Source: Bacteroidales bacterium
GTDB taxonomy: Bacteria; Bacteroidota; Bacteroidia; Bacteroidales; JAADJA01
Direction of reading: 5' to 3'
DNA length: 64,000 bases
NCBI GenBank assembly: GCA_020052415.1
Contig: JAGVPB010000078.1
Span: 146,642 to 210,641, forward strand
Shown: positions 1 through 7,570 of the stretch, piece after piece
Position numbering within the stretch: position 1 is the first letter of the stretch
Layout: each line of letters opens with the position of its first letter
Position numbers and translations under genes: made by a program
The notes under the pieces: generated by a model
What the model was told of the DNA's origin: nothing
The model's input: the letters and a program-made list of their open reading frames with translations, nothing else
The model's database searches: none

Positions 1-406
1 GTTCAGCTTGCTTTAGAATTTCTTGTATGTCTTTACTCAATTCGTCATTTGGGATAATTTCAAGTTTCAATCCATCACAAATTATTTCGTCTAAATTGTT
101 TTTCCCGTTTAAGTCAGGGTTATTTTGTTCATTTAAATACAATTCAATAGAAAGAGTTGGGAGATTCTCATACTTTTTGTCTGAGGCAAGAAATTCTTTT
201 ATTACTTGCGAGTTGAAAATATTCTCCAAACCTGTCGACTCTATCTTGCTTCTGCTACCACTTAAAACGAGATTTATTGCTTCGATAATTGAACTTTTAC
301 CTGATTCATTGTCGCCAACAAGTATGTTCAACTTATCGTCAAAGTCCACCTTAAAGGTTTTAAATCGTTTAAAGTTTTTTAGTTTAAGTCTTGTAATAAA
401 TTTCAT
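1..406 (-). CDS. AAA/ABC-type ATPase, OLD/AAA_15-like; only the N-terminal ~135 aa are in the window (gene continues past the left edge)
   Basis: Absent from the ORF track because it leaves the window. Reverse complement from ATG at 406..404 reads MKFITRLKLKNFKRFKTFKVDFDDKLNILVGDNESGKSSIIEAINLVLSG... This has the KNFxxF start and Walker A (GxNxSGKS) typical of OLD-family/SMC-like defence ATPases. The + strand ORF 27..503 is its low-complexity shadow. Confidence 0.6.
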   Translation of the reverse strand, partial: MKFITRLKLKNFKRFKTFKVDFDDKLNILVGDNESGKSSIIEAINLVLSGSRSKIESTGLENIFNSQVIKEFLASDKKYENLPTLSIELYLNEQNNPDLNGKNNLDEIICDGLKLEIIPNDELSKDIQEILKQAE

Positions 407-673
407 TTTGTCCGAATGTTTGTTATTCTCAGGGTCTTCTTTAGCATTGGCTATAACTCTTTTATACCAGTACCTCAAGTTGGGTTGTTCAGATTATGCT
501 TAGTTGCTAACCGTACCTGTACGTAATATTTATTTTTTCTAATCATGCAATTTTCCTTTCTAAGTATAAATTCGAAACTAAGTCGCTTCCTGGCTTCATG
601 TCACAAATATATAAACTTTTACCCACTACAAATTATGTCATTAATTTCAATTAAGAAAGGTAAATTCATGGTA

Positions 674-1072
674 TTAAGGATGGGTAGTAGAATACTCAAT
701 CCTCACCTTCTTTTCGTTCAGCCTTTTCTTTATCCAGCCTGCCGGGCGGAATTGCAGGGTGATCTTTTCTATATTTTTTTTGCCAACTTTTCTCCGGTTC
801 ACATCTCCGCTTGTTTTTATTGCGGGATAAAAGGTTCCGAAATCATCTATTATAACAGGCTTTCCATCAGAGATTGCATCGGAAACAACATACCTTAGCC
901 TCATAAGTATTTCTTTACAAATGAACTGAAACTCAATTTTTCTGTTTATCAGCGACGCTATCAGTTCATCGTTGGTCAACTTTGTGCTGAAAACGACTTC
1001 CGGGTGATAAATTTTCGGACCTTTCGGGTCACGGGGTGTTGTTTTAGGAACAACTTTAAATTGTATAGCCAT
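674..1072 (-). CDS. HU-family (Bacteroidales histone-like) DNA-binding protein, paralog 1
   Basis: ORF 674..1096. Likely start is MAIQFKVV at 1072. It has the N-terminal FKVV motif, a DDFGTFYP beta-arm motif and a basic tail, as in Bacteroidota HU-like proteins. Confidence 0.7.
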   Translation of the reverse strand: MAIQFKVVPKTTPRDPKGPKIYHPEVVFSTKLTNDELIASLINRKIEFQFICKEILMRLRYVVSDAISDGKPVIIDDFGTFYPAIKTSGDVNRRKVGKKNIEKITLQFRPAGWIKKRLNEKKVRIEYSTTHP

Positions 1073-1082
1073 ATTAATTCTG

Positions 1083-1499
1083 TTAAATTTTGTCACTCAT
1101 TCTGCTGTCACTGAGTCCTGCAGCTTTATCTACTCTTTTTTTTAGCCGGTGCGAAGCCCTGAAATTAATATCCACTCTTTTGATGTTATGAATACCAACC
1201 TTTCCGGGTGCATCTTCACCGGTGGTTTTCAATGAGGGGTAAAAAGTTCCGAGGTTTTCAAGCTCAACTTCATTGCCTGATGACAAAAGCCCGGCAATGA
1301 ATAAAGTAAAGTAAGCAACGAAAACTTCATAAGCCGCTTCATCTTCCTTCTTTCCTTTAGCAAGCATGGGTATAAGTTCGTCATGAGTGATTCTGCCTGA
1401 AGGTTTTGCTTTGGGATACCAGATTTTTTTACCGGGGTAGCGTGGATCGCCCCTGAGAACAACTTTGAAAGGAACGGACAGGTTTTCTTTGTTTTTCAT
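1083..1499 (-). CDS. HU-family (Bacteroidales histone-like) DNA-binding protein, paralog 2
   Basis: ORF 1083..1559. Likely start is MKNKENLSVPFKVV at 1499. It carries the ENLGTFYPSLKTTG motif and the same architecture as 674..1072. Confidence 0.7.
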   Translation of the reverse strand: MKNKENLSVPFKVVLRGDPRYPGKKIWYPKAKPSGRITHDELIPMLAKGKKEDEAAYEVFVAYFTLFIAGLLSSGNEVELENLGTFYPSLKTTGEDAPGKVGIHNIKRVDINFRASHRLKKRVDKAAGLSDSRMSDKI

Positions 1500-1566
1500 A
1501 CTGGAAATTTTTAATATTATTAGACACACACTGGTATTTATCTCCTTGCAGCGCTCCATCCGGAAT

Positions 1567-1628
1567 CGAGTACAACGGTACTCGGCGCCGAGTACCGTTG
1601 TACTCGGTGACGAGTATGCTGCATACTC
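1567..1628. repeat. Phased palindrome array: a 40-bp perfect palindrome followed by a related 17-bp palindrome
   Basis: 1567-1606 reads CGAGTAC-AACG-GTACTCG-GCGC-CGAGTAC-CGTT-GTACTCG, a perfect palindrome with heptamers every 11 bp. 1612-1628 reads GAGTATGC-T-GCATACTC. The array lies between the stop of 1639..1935 and the start of 1083..1499. Confidence 0.9.
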
Positions 1629-1638
1629 TGACTTGCTG

Positions 1639-1935
1639 TTACAAAGGGTTCTTTTTTAATTTATTCAGAAGTTCTTTATCTGGCCTGAAAAGCGCTCTGG
1701 TGTTTGCTTTTCTGCTGCTCTTTCTTCTGTTTAAAGGCACATACTCCGCAGGATAAAACTCACCCAGTTTTTCAATGCTCACTGTTTTGCCCTTAGTCAA
1801 AGCGTCCATTATCGCTTGTGGAAATGCGGTAAGTACTTCCCTGATTTCGGATTCGGTCAGGGCGATTTTTTTCTGAATTAAGGGTATCATTTCCTCGATG
1901 GTTATTATTTTTTGAGGTACAGGTTCTTCATTCAA
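1639..1935 (-). CDS. HU/IHF-family DNA-binding protein, paralog 3 (short classical form)
   Basis: The translation ...MIPLIQKKIALTESEIREVLTAFPQAIMDALTKGKTVSIEKLGEFYP...RALFRPDKELLNKLK follows the HU helix-helix-beta-arm pattern. The track start at 1935 is TTG; an ATG at 1890 (MIPLIQ) is an alternative start. Confidence 0.7.
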   Translation of the reverse strand: MNEEPVPQKIITIEEMIPLIQKKIALTESEIREVLTAFPQAIMDALTKGKTVSIEKLGEFYPAEYVPLNRRKSSRKANTRALFRPDKELLNKLKKNPL

Positions 1936-2356
1936 TTTCTCTTTGCCATTACCATTGGGTTCGTGATTTGATTTGTTTGCAGCATTCTTTTCCTGTTCGG
2001 CTTAGGCTCTGCCTTAGTCGAACATATCTTTTCATGCTAAAGCCTGATAAATTACCAATCATGATTCAGGCAAAACCTAAGCATGAATATTCCGCACATT
2101 CGTCAGACCGTTGCGCTCAGGCAAACGCGACAGGCAGCGGTAAAATTTGCCGGATCATACCTTCGGGAGGCCAAGAAGAAACAATCGGCAAAATTCAAAT
2201 ACCTTAAAATAATCTATGCAGACGATAAAAATATTTATATTTCATTTTTATAACTTTTAAACCGGCTGGCACGGACATGTTATCTGCACGATTCAACCCG
2301 ATCAGGCTGGCCCCGGCGGTGTTGTAACTCTTATTTTAATCTTATGAGAACTATAG

Positions 2357-2364
2357 TAACTTTG
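2357..2364 (+). promoter_or_regulatory. Candidate Bacteroidota sigma-A -7 box (TAACTTTG) upstream of the 2436 gene
   Basis: Matches the TAnnTTTG consensus, ~70 nt upstream of the ATG at 2436, in an AT-rich spacer. Confidence 0.4.
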
Positions 2365-2435
2365 CAACGTTTATTATAAATATATTTTTATTTCTTAATT
2401 AACTCAGATAATGATGTCTGTAAATTCTATGATCA

Positions 2436-5400
2436 ATGAAAAAACTATTTATAACTTATTTTTTGATAATTTCGGGACTAATAATTTCAGCACAGGATTG
2501 GACCAAAAGCCTGCCACAGAATAAAGTTCAAAACGGCACTCTTACCTTTTATGAAATACAAAAAGCCTTTAACGATTATTGGGAGCCATATCAGATTAAA
2601 GACGGATACTATATTGACAGCCAGGGTGAAAAAGTAAAAGCCGGAGGCTGGAAACAATTCAGGCGCTGGGAATGGTACTGGGAAAACCGGATCATAAAGG
2701 AAACCGGGCAGTTTCCTGAAACCTCGGCTTCGGAAGAACTGGAAAAATATTTAAAGGAAAATCCTGCCGGAAAAAGCAGCAGCGGTAACTGGACAAGCCT
2801 TGGGCCGACAACCACTACCGGAGGTTATGCCGGTTTAGGCCGTTTAAATTGTGTTGGATTTGTTTCGGGAGATAACAATACTATTTATGTCGGTTCTGCT
2901 TCAGGCGGAATATGGAAGACCACAAACGGGGGAACTTCCTGGACCCCGCTTGGCGATAATAATGCAGTATTGGGCGTGAGCGATATTGTTGTGGTACCGG
3001 GTTCAAGCCCGCACATAATCTACATTGCCACCGGCGACCGTGACGGCGGGAGCTTATGGGCGCTTGGCGGCGGCCAGAGTAACGATAACAACAGTGTCGG
3101 AGTGCTCAAATCAATTGATGGCGGCGCTACATGGAATACAACCGGGCTTTCCTTTACAGCGAGTCAGCACAGGACGGTCAACAGGATTTTACTTCATCCT
3201 TCTGATAATAACATCTTATATGCTGCAACCTCCGCAGGTGTTTATAAAACGATCAATGCCGGTACAAGCTGGACTTTACTTACCGGCAATGTATATATAG
3301 ATCTGGAATTCAAACCGGGAACCCCGGCTACCCTTTATGGTTCGAACTGGAACGGTGATATTCACAGGTCAATCAACGACGGAGCATCCTGGACGGCAAC
3401 ACTGAGCACGGCCAATTCAAGAACAGAACTGGCTGTGTCTGCCAATAGCACAACTACAGTTTATGCAATAATGGCAAACACCGGCAGCGGACTGGCCGGT
3501 ATTTATAAATCCACCGATAGCGGTGCGACTTTTACGCAGGTTTTCAGCGGGGCAACCACGAATATGTTAAACTGGGATTGCAGCAGTACCGCATCAGGGG
3601 GACAGGGATGGTACGACCTCTGTATTGCAGCCGATCCCACCAATGCGAATAACGTTTTCATCGGCGGAGTCAACACCTGGAAATCAACCAACGGAGGAAC
3701 CTCATGGAGCATTTGCAATCACTGGACAGGCAGTTGCGGCGTCAGTGAAGTTCATGCCGACCAGCATAATCTTGCTTTTCAGAATGGAACTTCAACATTG
3801 TTTGAATGCAATGACGGAGGATTTTATAAATCCACCAATCTCGGTACAAGCTGGTCTCATGTCGGGAACGGACTTGCCATAAGCCAGATATACAGAATGG
3901 CCGTAGCCCAAACCGTCGCGAATGAAAATATATGCGGTTTGCAGGACAATGGCACCAAAGCTTACCTTTCGGGGTCGTGGAATGATGAAATCGGTGGCGA
4001 CGGTTTTGATTGTGCGATTGACTATACAACCCAGAATGTCCTGTACGGAGAATTATATTATGGAGCTATCCGAAGGTCAACAAATCATGGAGTAAGCTGG
4101 TCGGACATCACCACGGGTTTGTCAGGTTCAGCACATTGGTGCACACCTTTAACGATTGATCCTACCACCCACAATACTATTTATATCGGGTATCAGGATG
4201 TTTTTAAATCAACCAACCAGGGAAGTTCATGGTCCCAGATAAGTTCCTGGGGAGGTTCGACACTAAAGTCGCTGGCTGTAGCGCCGTCAAACTCCCTTTA
4301 TATTTATGCTGCCACCTCATCTGTTTTATACCGAACCACCAATGGCGGAACCTCATGGACAAATATTACAGGTACCATTCCTGTCGGATCCGGTGATATT
4401 ACTTATATCTGCATTAAAAACAACGATCCGAACACAGCATGGGTTTCGCTTGGAGGCTATAATACAACGAGGGTTTATCAAACCATCAACGGCGGCACAA
4501 GCTGGACAAATATTTCAACGGGTTTGCCTTCAATACCTGTTATGTCGCTGGTACAAAACAAACAAAATACCTCTCAGGTTGAATTATATGCAGGCACTGA
4601 TGTTGGCGTTTATGTAAAAGCAGGATCGGCTAACTGGGTTATGTTTTCAACCGGTTTGCCGAAAGTTGTCGTTACCGATCTTGATATTTATTACAATGCA
4701 ACTCCTGCCAACAGCCGGATCAGAGCAGGAACTTACGGCCGGGGGGTTTGGCAGTCGGATCTGCTTACCGCTGCGACAGCACCGGTAGCCAATTTTTCAG
4801 CGAGCACAACGACTCCCTATATTGGTCAAACAGTTACTTTTACTGACCTTTCAACCAATTCACCAACTTCATGGTCATGGTCTTTTAGTCCGACAACTGT
4901 TGCATACACCGGAGGAACAAGTTCAGCTTCTCAGAATCCGCAGGTGCAATTTACCGCCGGCGGCCTTTATACGGTAACTTTAACAGCAACAAATGCAGGT
5001 GGAAGCGACCAGGAGGTCAAGACGAATTATATTTCCGTATTATATGCCCCTGTAGCCGACTTTTCAGCGGACAATGTAACCCCTCTTGTAGGCCAGACAG
5101 TTGGTTTTACCGATCTTTCCATCAACTCACCAACAAGCTGGCTATGGGTTTTTGCACCATCAACAGTAACCTATACCGGGGGTACTACCTCTGCTTCACA
5201 AAATCCGCAGGTACAATTTAATGCAGGCGGATTTTATTCGGTTTCTCTGACTGCTGCTAATGCCAGCGGCCCGAATACCATAACCAAAACGAATTATATT
5301 AATGCCCAGGGGGTACCGCCAACGGCTACTTTAAAACTGGGTTCGATAACGAATCCTGCTCCGGGGACAATATTGGTACCTGTAACACTGGAAGCAATTA

Positions 5401-6746
5401 ATAATCCGATGACAGGGAATAATCTGATCTCCTCATGGAGTTGGTATATTGCTTATGAGGTCAACACGTTATATAATGCCGAACCATTGACGCCTGCAAA
5501 TCTGACCAATTATAATGCACAGTTTCCTTCAGCCAATTATGTGACCAATATTATTGAAAACAATCCTTCTCCGGGTTGGAATACCATTGCGGTCATATAC
5601 TCTGCAGCCGTCAGTGGAACAGGGTCGGCCGGAATGAAATTTTTCGATATCGTATTTACTTATACACAGGGGGCCACCGTTTGCCCTGATTTATTCTGGA
5701 CATCAATCCCCGGTAAAGCCTCAAAACAATTTTCGACCAATATGGCCGATGATGAAGGGAATGAATTCCTTCTGACCCTGATCAATGGTTGTGTCTGGAC
5801 TGAGCCACCTGTAACTGATTTTGTGGCGAATATGACAACACCATTTGTCGGTGCGACAGTCAGTTTTACAGATTTGACAACCAATTACCCTTCAGGCTGG
5901 TCATGGTCCTTTGCGCCATCCACAGTGACATACACAGGAGGAACAACCGCGGCTTCACAGAACCCCCAGGTACAGTTTAATGCAGCAGGAAACTATACAG
6001 TGACATTGATTGCAGCCAATGCCATTGGAAACGATACAGAGATAAAAACAAATTATATTGTAGTTTCAACCGCGGATCTGAATCTTGAATTGACCTTACT
6101 TTTGGAAGGCCCGTTTAACGGTTCTCAAATGACTCCATCACTGAATGGAATCTTACCGTTAAGCCAGCCATATAATACAGCACCCTGGAATTATACCGGA
6201 ACTGAAAGTGTGACTTCGATACCCAATCCGAATGTGGTTGACTGGATACTTGTGGAACTTCGTGATGCGCCCGATGCGGCCTCCGCTACTGCTGCAACAA
6301 GGATAGCCCGTCAGGCGGGATTTCTGCTGAATAACGGCTCTGTCGTCGGGTTGGATGGATCAGCGAATCTTCATTTTACGAATACGGTTACGCAGCAATT
6401 GTTCGTTATGGTCCATCACCGGAATCATTTATCAATAATATCGGCAAATCCGGTAATACAATCGGGAGGGGTTTACACACTGGACTTTTCAACTGCAATG
6501 GGACAAGCCTGGGGCGGAGCGCTGGCTCAAAAGGAATTAGCTCCGGGAGCCTGGGGAATGTTTGGCGGTGATGGTGATAAAGATGGTCAGATAACTTTTA
6601 TTGATTATTCACCTATATGGGAAAATCAGGCAGGCAGCAAAGGTTATCTCAATAGTGATTACAACATGGATATACAATCTGATAACCAGGACAAGGACGA
6701 TATCTGGACGCCGAACCAGGGTGAGGCATCTCAGGTTCCTTACTAG
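2436..6746 (+). CDS. Giant secreted modular protein P1: double Asp-box (BNR) beta-propeller, 3x PKD, cohesin-like module, shared C-terminal module
   Basis: SPI-type signal peptide MKKLFITYFLIISGLIISAQ. About eleven Asp-box motifs (TTNGGTSW, SIDGGATW, STDSGATF, STNLGTSW...) span aa ~150-780, an architecture like GH74 or sortilin-Vps10 double propellers. PKD repeats (SPTSWSWSF...SQNPQVQF...YTVTL) lie at ~4779-5307 and ~5806-6066. The cohesin-like insert is 5311-5800 and the shared C-terminal module is 6078-6743. Confidence 0.85.
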   Translation: MKKLFITYFLIISGLIISAQDWTKSLPQNKVQNGTLTFYEIQKAFNDYWEPYQIKDGYYIDSQGEKVKAGGWKQFRRWEWYWENRIIKETGQFPETSASEELEKYLKENPAGKSSSGNWTSLGPTTTTGGYAGLGRLNCVGFVSGDNNTIYVGSASGGIWKTTNGGTSWTPLGDNNAVLGVSDIVVVPGSSPHIIYIATGDRDGGSLWALGGGQSNDNNSVGVLKSIDGGATWNTTGLSFTASQHRTVNRILLHPSDNNILYAATSAGVYKTINAGTSWTLLTGNVYIDLEFKPGTPATLYGSNWNGDIHRSINDGASWTATLSTANSRTELAVSANSTTTVYAIMANTGSGLAGIYKSTDSGATFTQVFSGATTNMLNWDCSSTASGGQGWYDLCIAADPTNANNVFIGGVNTWKSTNGGTSWSICNHWTGSCGVSEVHADQHNLAFQNGTSTLFECNDGGFYKSTNLGTSWSHVGNGLAISQIYRMAVAQTVANENICGLQDNGTKAYLSGSWNDEIGGDGFDCAIDYTTQNVLYGELYYGAIRRSTNHGVSWSDITTGLSGSAHWCTPLTIDPTTHNTIYIGYQDVFKSTNQGSSWSQISSWGGSTLKSLAVAPSNSLYIYAATSSVLYRTTNGGTSWTNITGTIPVGSGDITYICIKNNDPNTAWVSLGGYNTTRVYQTINGGTSWTNISTGLPSIPVMSLVQNKQNTSQVELYAGTDVGVYVKAGSANWVMFSTGLPKVVVTDLDIYYNATPANSRIRAGTYGRGVWQSDLLTAATAPVANFSASTTTPYIGQTVTFTDLSTNSPTSWSWSFSPTTVAYTGGTSSASQNPQVQFTAGGLYTVTLTATNAGGSDQEVKTNYISVLYAPVADFSADNVTPLVGQTVGFTDLSINSPTSWLWVFAPSTVTYTGGTTSASQNPQVQFNAGGFYSVSLTAANASGPNTITKTNYINAQGVPPTATLKLGSITNPAPGTILVPVTLEAINNPMTGNNLISSWSWYIAYEVNTLYNAEPLTPANLTNYNAQFPSANYVTNIIENNPSPGWNTIAVIYSAAVSGTGSAGMKFFDIVFTYTQGATVCPDLFWTSIPGKASKQFSTNMADDEGNEFLLTLINGCVWTEPPVTDFVANMTTPFVGATVSFTDLTTNYPSGWSWSFAPSTVTYTGGTTAASQNPQVQFNAAGNYTVTLIAANAIGNDTEIKTNYIVVSTADLNLELTLLLEGPFNGSQMTPSLNGILPLSQPYNTAPWNYTGTESVTSIPNPNVVDWILVELRDAPDAASATAATRIARQAGFLLNNGSVVGLDGSANLHFTNTVTQQLFVMVHHRNHLSIISANPVIQSGGVYTLDFSTAMGQAWGGALAQKELAPGAWGMFGGDGDKDGQITFIDYSPIWENQAGSKGYLNSDYNMDIQSDNQDKDDIWTPNQGEASQVPY
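5311..5800 (+). other. Cohesin-like module inside P1 (aa ~959-1122)
   Basis: Three segments (LKLGSITNPAPGTILVPVTLEAI...SSWSWYIAYEVNTLY; ...NTIAVIYSAAVSGTGSAGMKFFDIVFTYTQGA; ...EFLLTLINGCVW) follow the block pattern of cohesin domains: xVGxVxxxPGxxVxVPVxL, FxIxYDxxxL, and a G-rich middle. This is pattern recognition only. Confidence 0.5.
6078..6743 (+). other. Shared C-terminal module, copy 1 (P1)
   Basis: Conserved blocks are LEGPF, PLSQPYNTAPWNYTGTE, DWILVELRDA, HHRNHL, FST, GDGDKDGQITFID, DYNMDIQSDNQDKDDIW, and QVPY at the stop. It aligns along its whole length with 12964-13630, 17026-17691 and 20926-21593. Confidence 0.85.
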
Positions 6747-6791
6747 TATTGGTTAGATAGCCTGAATCTGCCGGCTCGTTATGCCACGTGT

Positions 6792-7052
6792 TTATTTGTC
6801 GTAATGATACCGGCAGCTATATATTAAAAGTTCGTCTCCAATTACCTGGTAAACTAATCTGTGTTCACGATTAATTCTTCTTGACCACAATCCTGCTAAA
6901 TCAAATTTAAGAGGTTCAGGCTTTCCTATGCCCGTGTAAGGTGTCCTTTGGATGTCCTTTATTAATTCATTTATTTTCTTAAGCATCTTTTTATCCTCTG
7001 TTTGCCATGATAAATAATCTTCCCAGGAATTCTTTGAAAATACTATTTTCAT
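6792..7052 (-). CDS. yoeB: YoeB/Txe-family type II toxin (mRNA interferase)
   Basis: 86 aa: MKIVFSKNSWEDYLSWQ...GIGKPEPLK...LWSRRINREHRLVY...YSCRYHY matches the YoeB family pattern. Its start shares one nucleotide (TGATG) with the upstream antitoxin stop. Confidence 0.9.
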   Translation of the reverse strand: MKIVFSKNSWEDYLSWQTEDKKMLKKINELIKDIQRTPYTGIGKPEPLKFDLAGLWSRRINREHRLVYQVIGDELLIYSCRYHYDK

Positions 7053-7306
7053 CAGTCTTCAATTAATTCTTTTTGAACTTTTTTTCCTGTTTTCATCTGA
7101 TGAATTGACTCGTAAAGTCTATCAGCATTTGCTTTTGAACTAAGCAAATGGACAGTTTCAAGAATTGAATTAAATTCATCAAGGGAAATTAGAACTGCAC
7201 CATGACCGGAACCCCTCTTAATTATTAATGTTTCATTATTTTTCTCAACATCGTCAAGATATTGTTTGAGCTTGGTTCTGAATTCTGTGAAATTAGCTGC
7301 TTTCAT
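7052..7306 (-). CDS. yefM: YefM/Phd-family type II antitoxin
   Basis: MKAANFTEFRTKLKQYLDDVEKNNETLIIKRGSGHGAVLISLDEFNSILETVHLLSS is a typical Phd/YefM N-terminal fold. The track ORF extends to 7339, but the MKAANF start at 7306 fits family length. Confidence 0.9.
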   Translation of the reverse strand: MKAANFTEFRTKLKQYLDDVEKNNETLIIKRGSGHGAVLISLDEFNSILETVHLLSSKANADRLYESIHQMKTGKKVQKELIED

Positions 7307-7490
7307 TTTATTTCCATTTAAGTTACTATAAAGGTACAAATGTACGTACTTTTTTAATAAGCTTTCAAAGATTATGGGTTACCATAATGTTCGGGTCACT
7401 TTAGACCGAAATGGTTGGGTCAATATGGGGTGAAATCGTCATTCGGTCCAAGCATATCAGTTTCAAGGTTGTACGGCATAAGCGATGGAG

Positions 7491-7557
7491 AAAAAATACT
7501 CTCTTGCAAGTTTTGGACTGTGTGTTGATTTGTGCGACTTGCAAGAGTATATTTTTT
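7491..7557 (-). terminator. Inverted repeat flanked by A/T runs; possible bidirectional terminator after the RloB gene
   Basis: AAAAAATACTCTCTTGCAAG (7491-7510) pairs imperfectly with CTTGCAAGAGTATATTTTTT (7538-7557). T-runs follow on both strands. The loop is long (27 nt), so this is not a textbook terminator. Confidence 0.4.
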
Positions 7558-7570
7558 GTACGTTGGCATT

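Noticed and set aside
27-503. 158-aa + strand ORF at the left edge
   Set aside because: It has a low-complexity, Ser/Leu/Phe-rich translation. It lies antisense to a much more convincing ATPase reading frame (Walker A, KNFxxF start) on the minus strand.
545-898. 117-aa + strand ORF overlapping the first HU-like gene
   Set aside because: It is antisense to a recognisable HU-family CDS and has no family-like features. It is likely a shadow ORF.
1968-2207. 79-aa ORF and possible structured RNA in the 500-bp spacer between the HU-like genes and P1
   Set aside because: The ORF has no recognisable features. I could find only 3-4 bp stems by eye, which is not enough to claim an ncRNA. It is worth an Rfam scan, but nothing is supportable here.
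2999-3012. tRNA T-arm-like string GGTTCAAGCCC
   Set aside because: It lies inside the P1 coding frame with no surrounding cloverleaf (no acceptor or anticodon stems). No tRNA was recognised anywhere in the window.
3025-4617. Several 70-100 aa alternative-frame and antisense ORFs inside P1 (e.g. 3025..3300, 3625..3882, 3742..4029, 4306..4617)
   Set aside because: All are nested within a long CDS with clear repeated domain structure, and their translations are compositionally odd. They are treated as frame shadows.
6078-6743. Possibility that the shared C-terminal module is simply a standard T9SS CTD
   Set aside because: It is more than twice as long as type A/B CTDs. It lacks their terminal hydrophobic strand pattern and differs completely from the canonical type-A CTD in the 41013..42863 gene. 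A divergent T9SS signal cannot be excluded without profile searches, so this is kept as a hypothesis in the findings.
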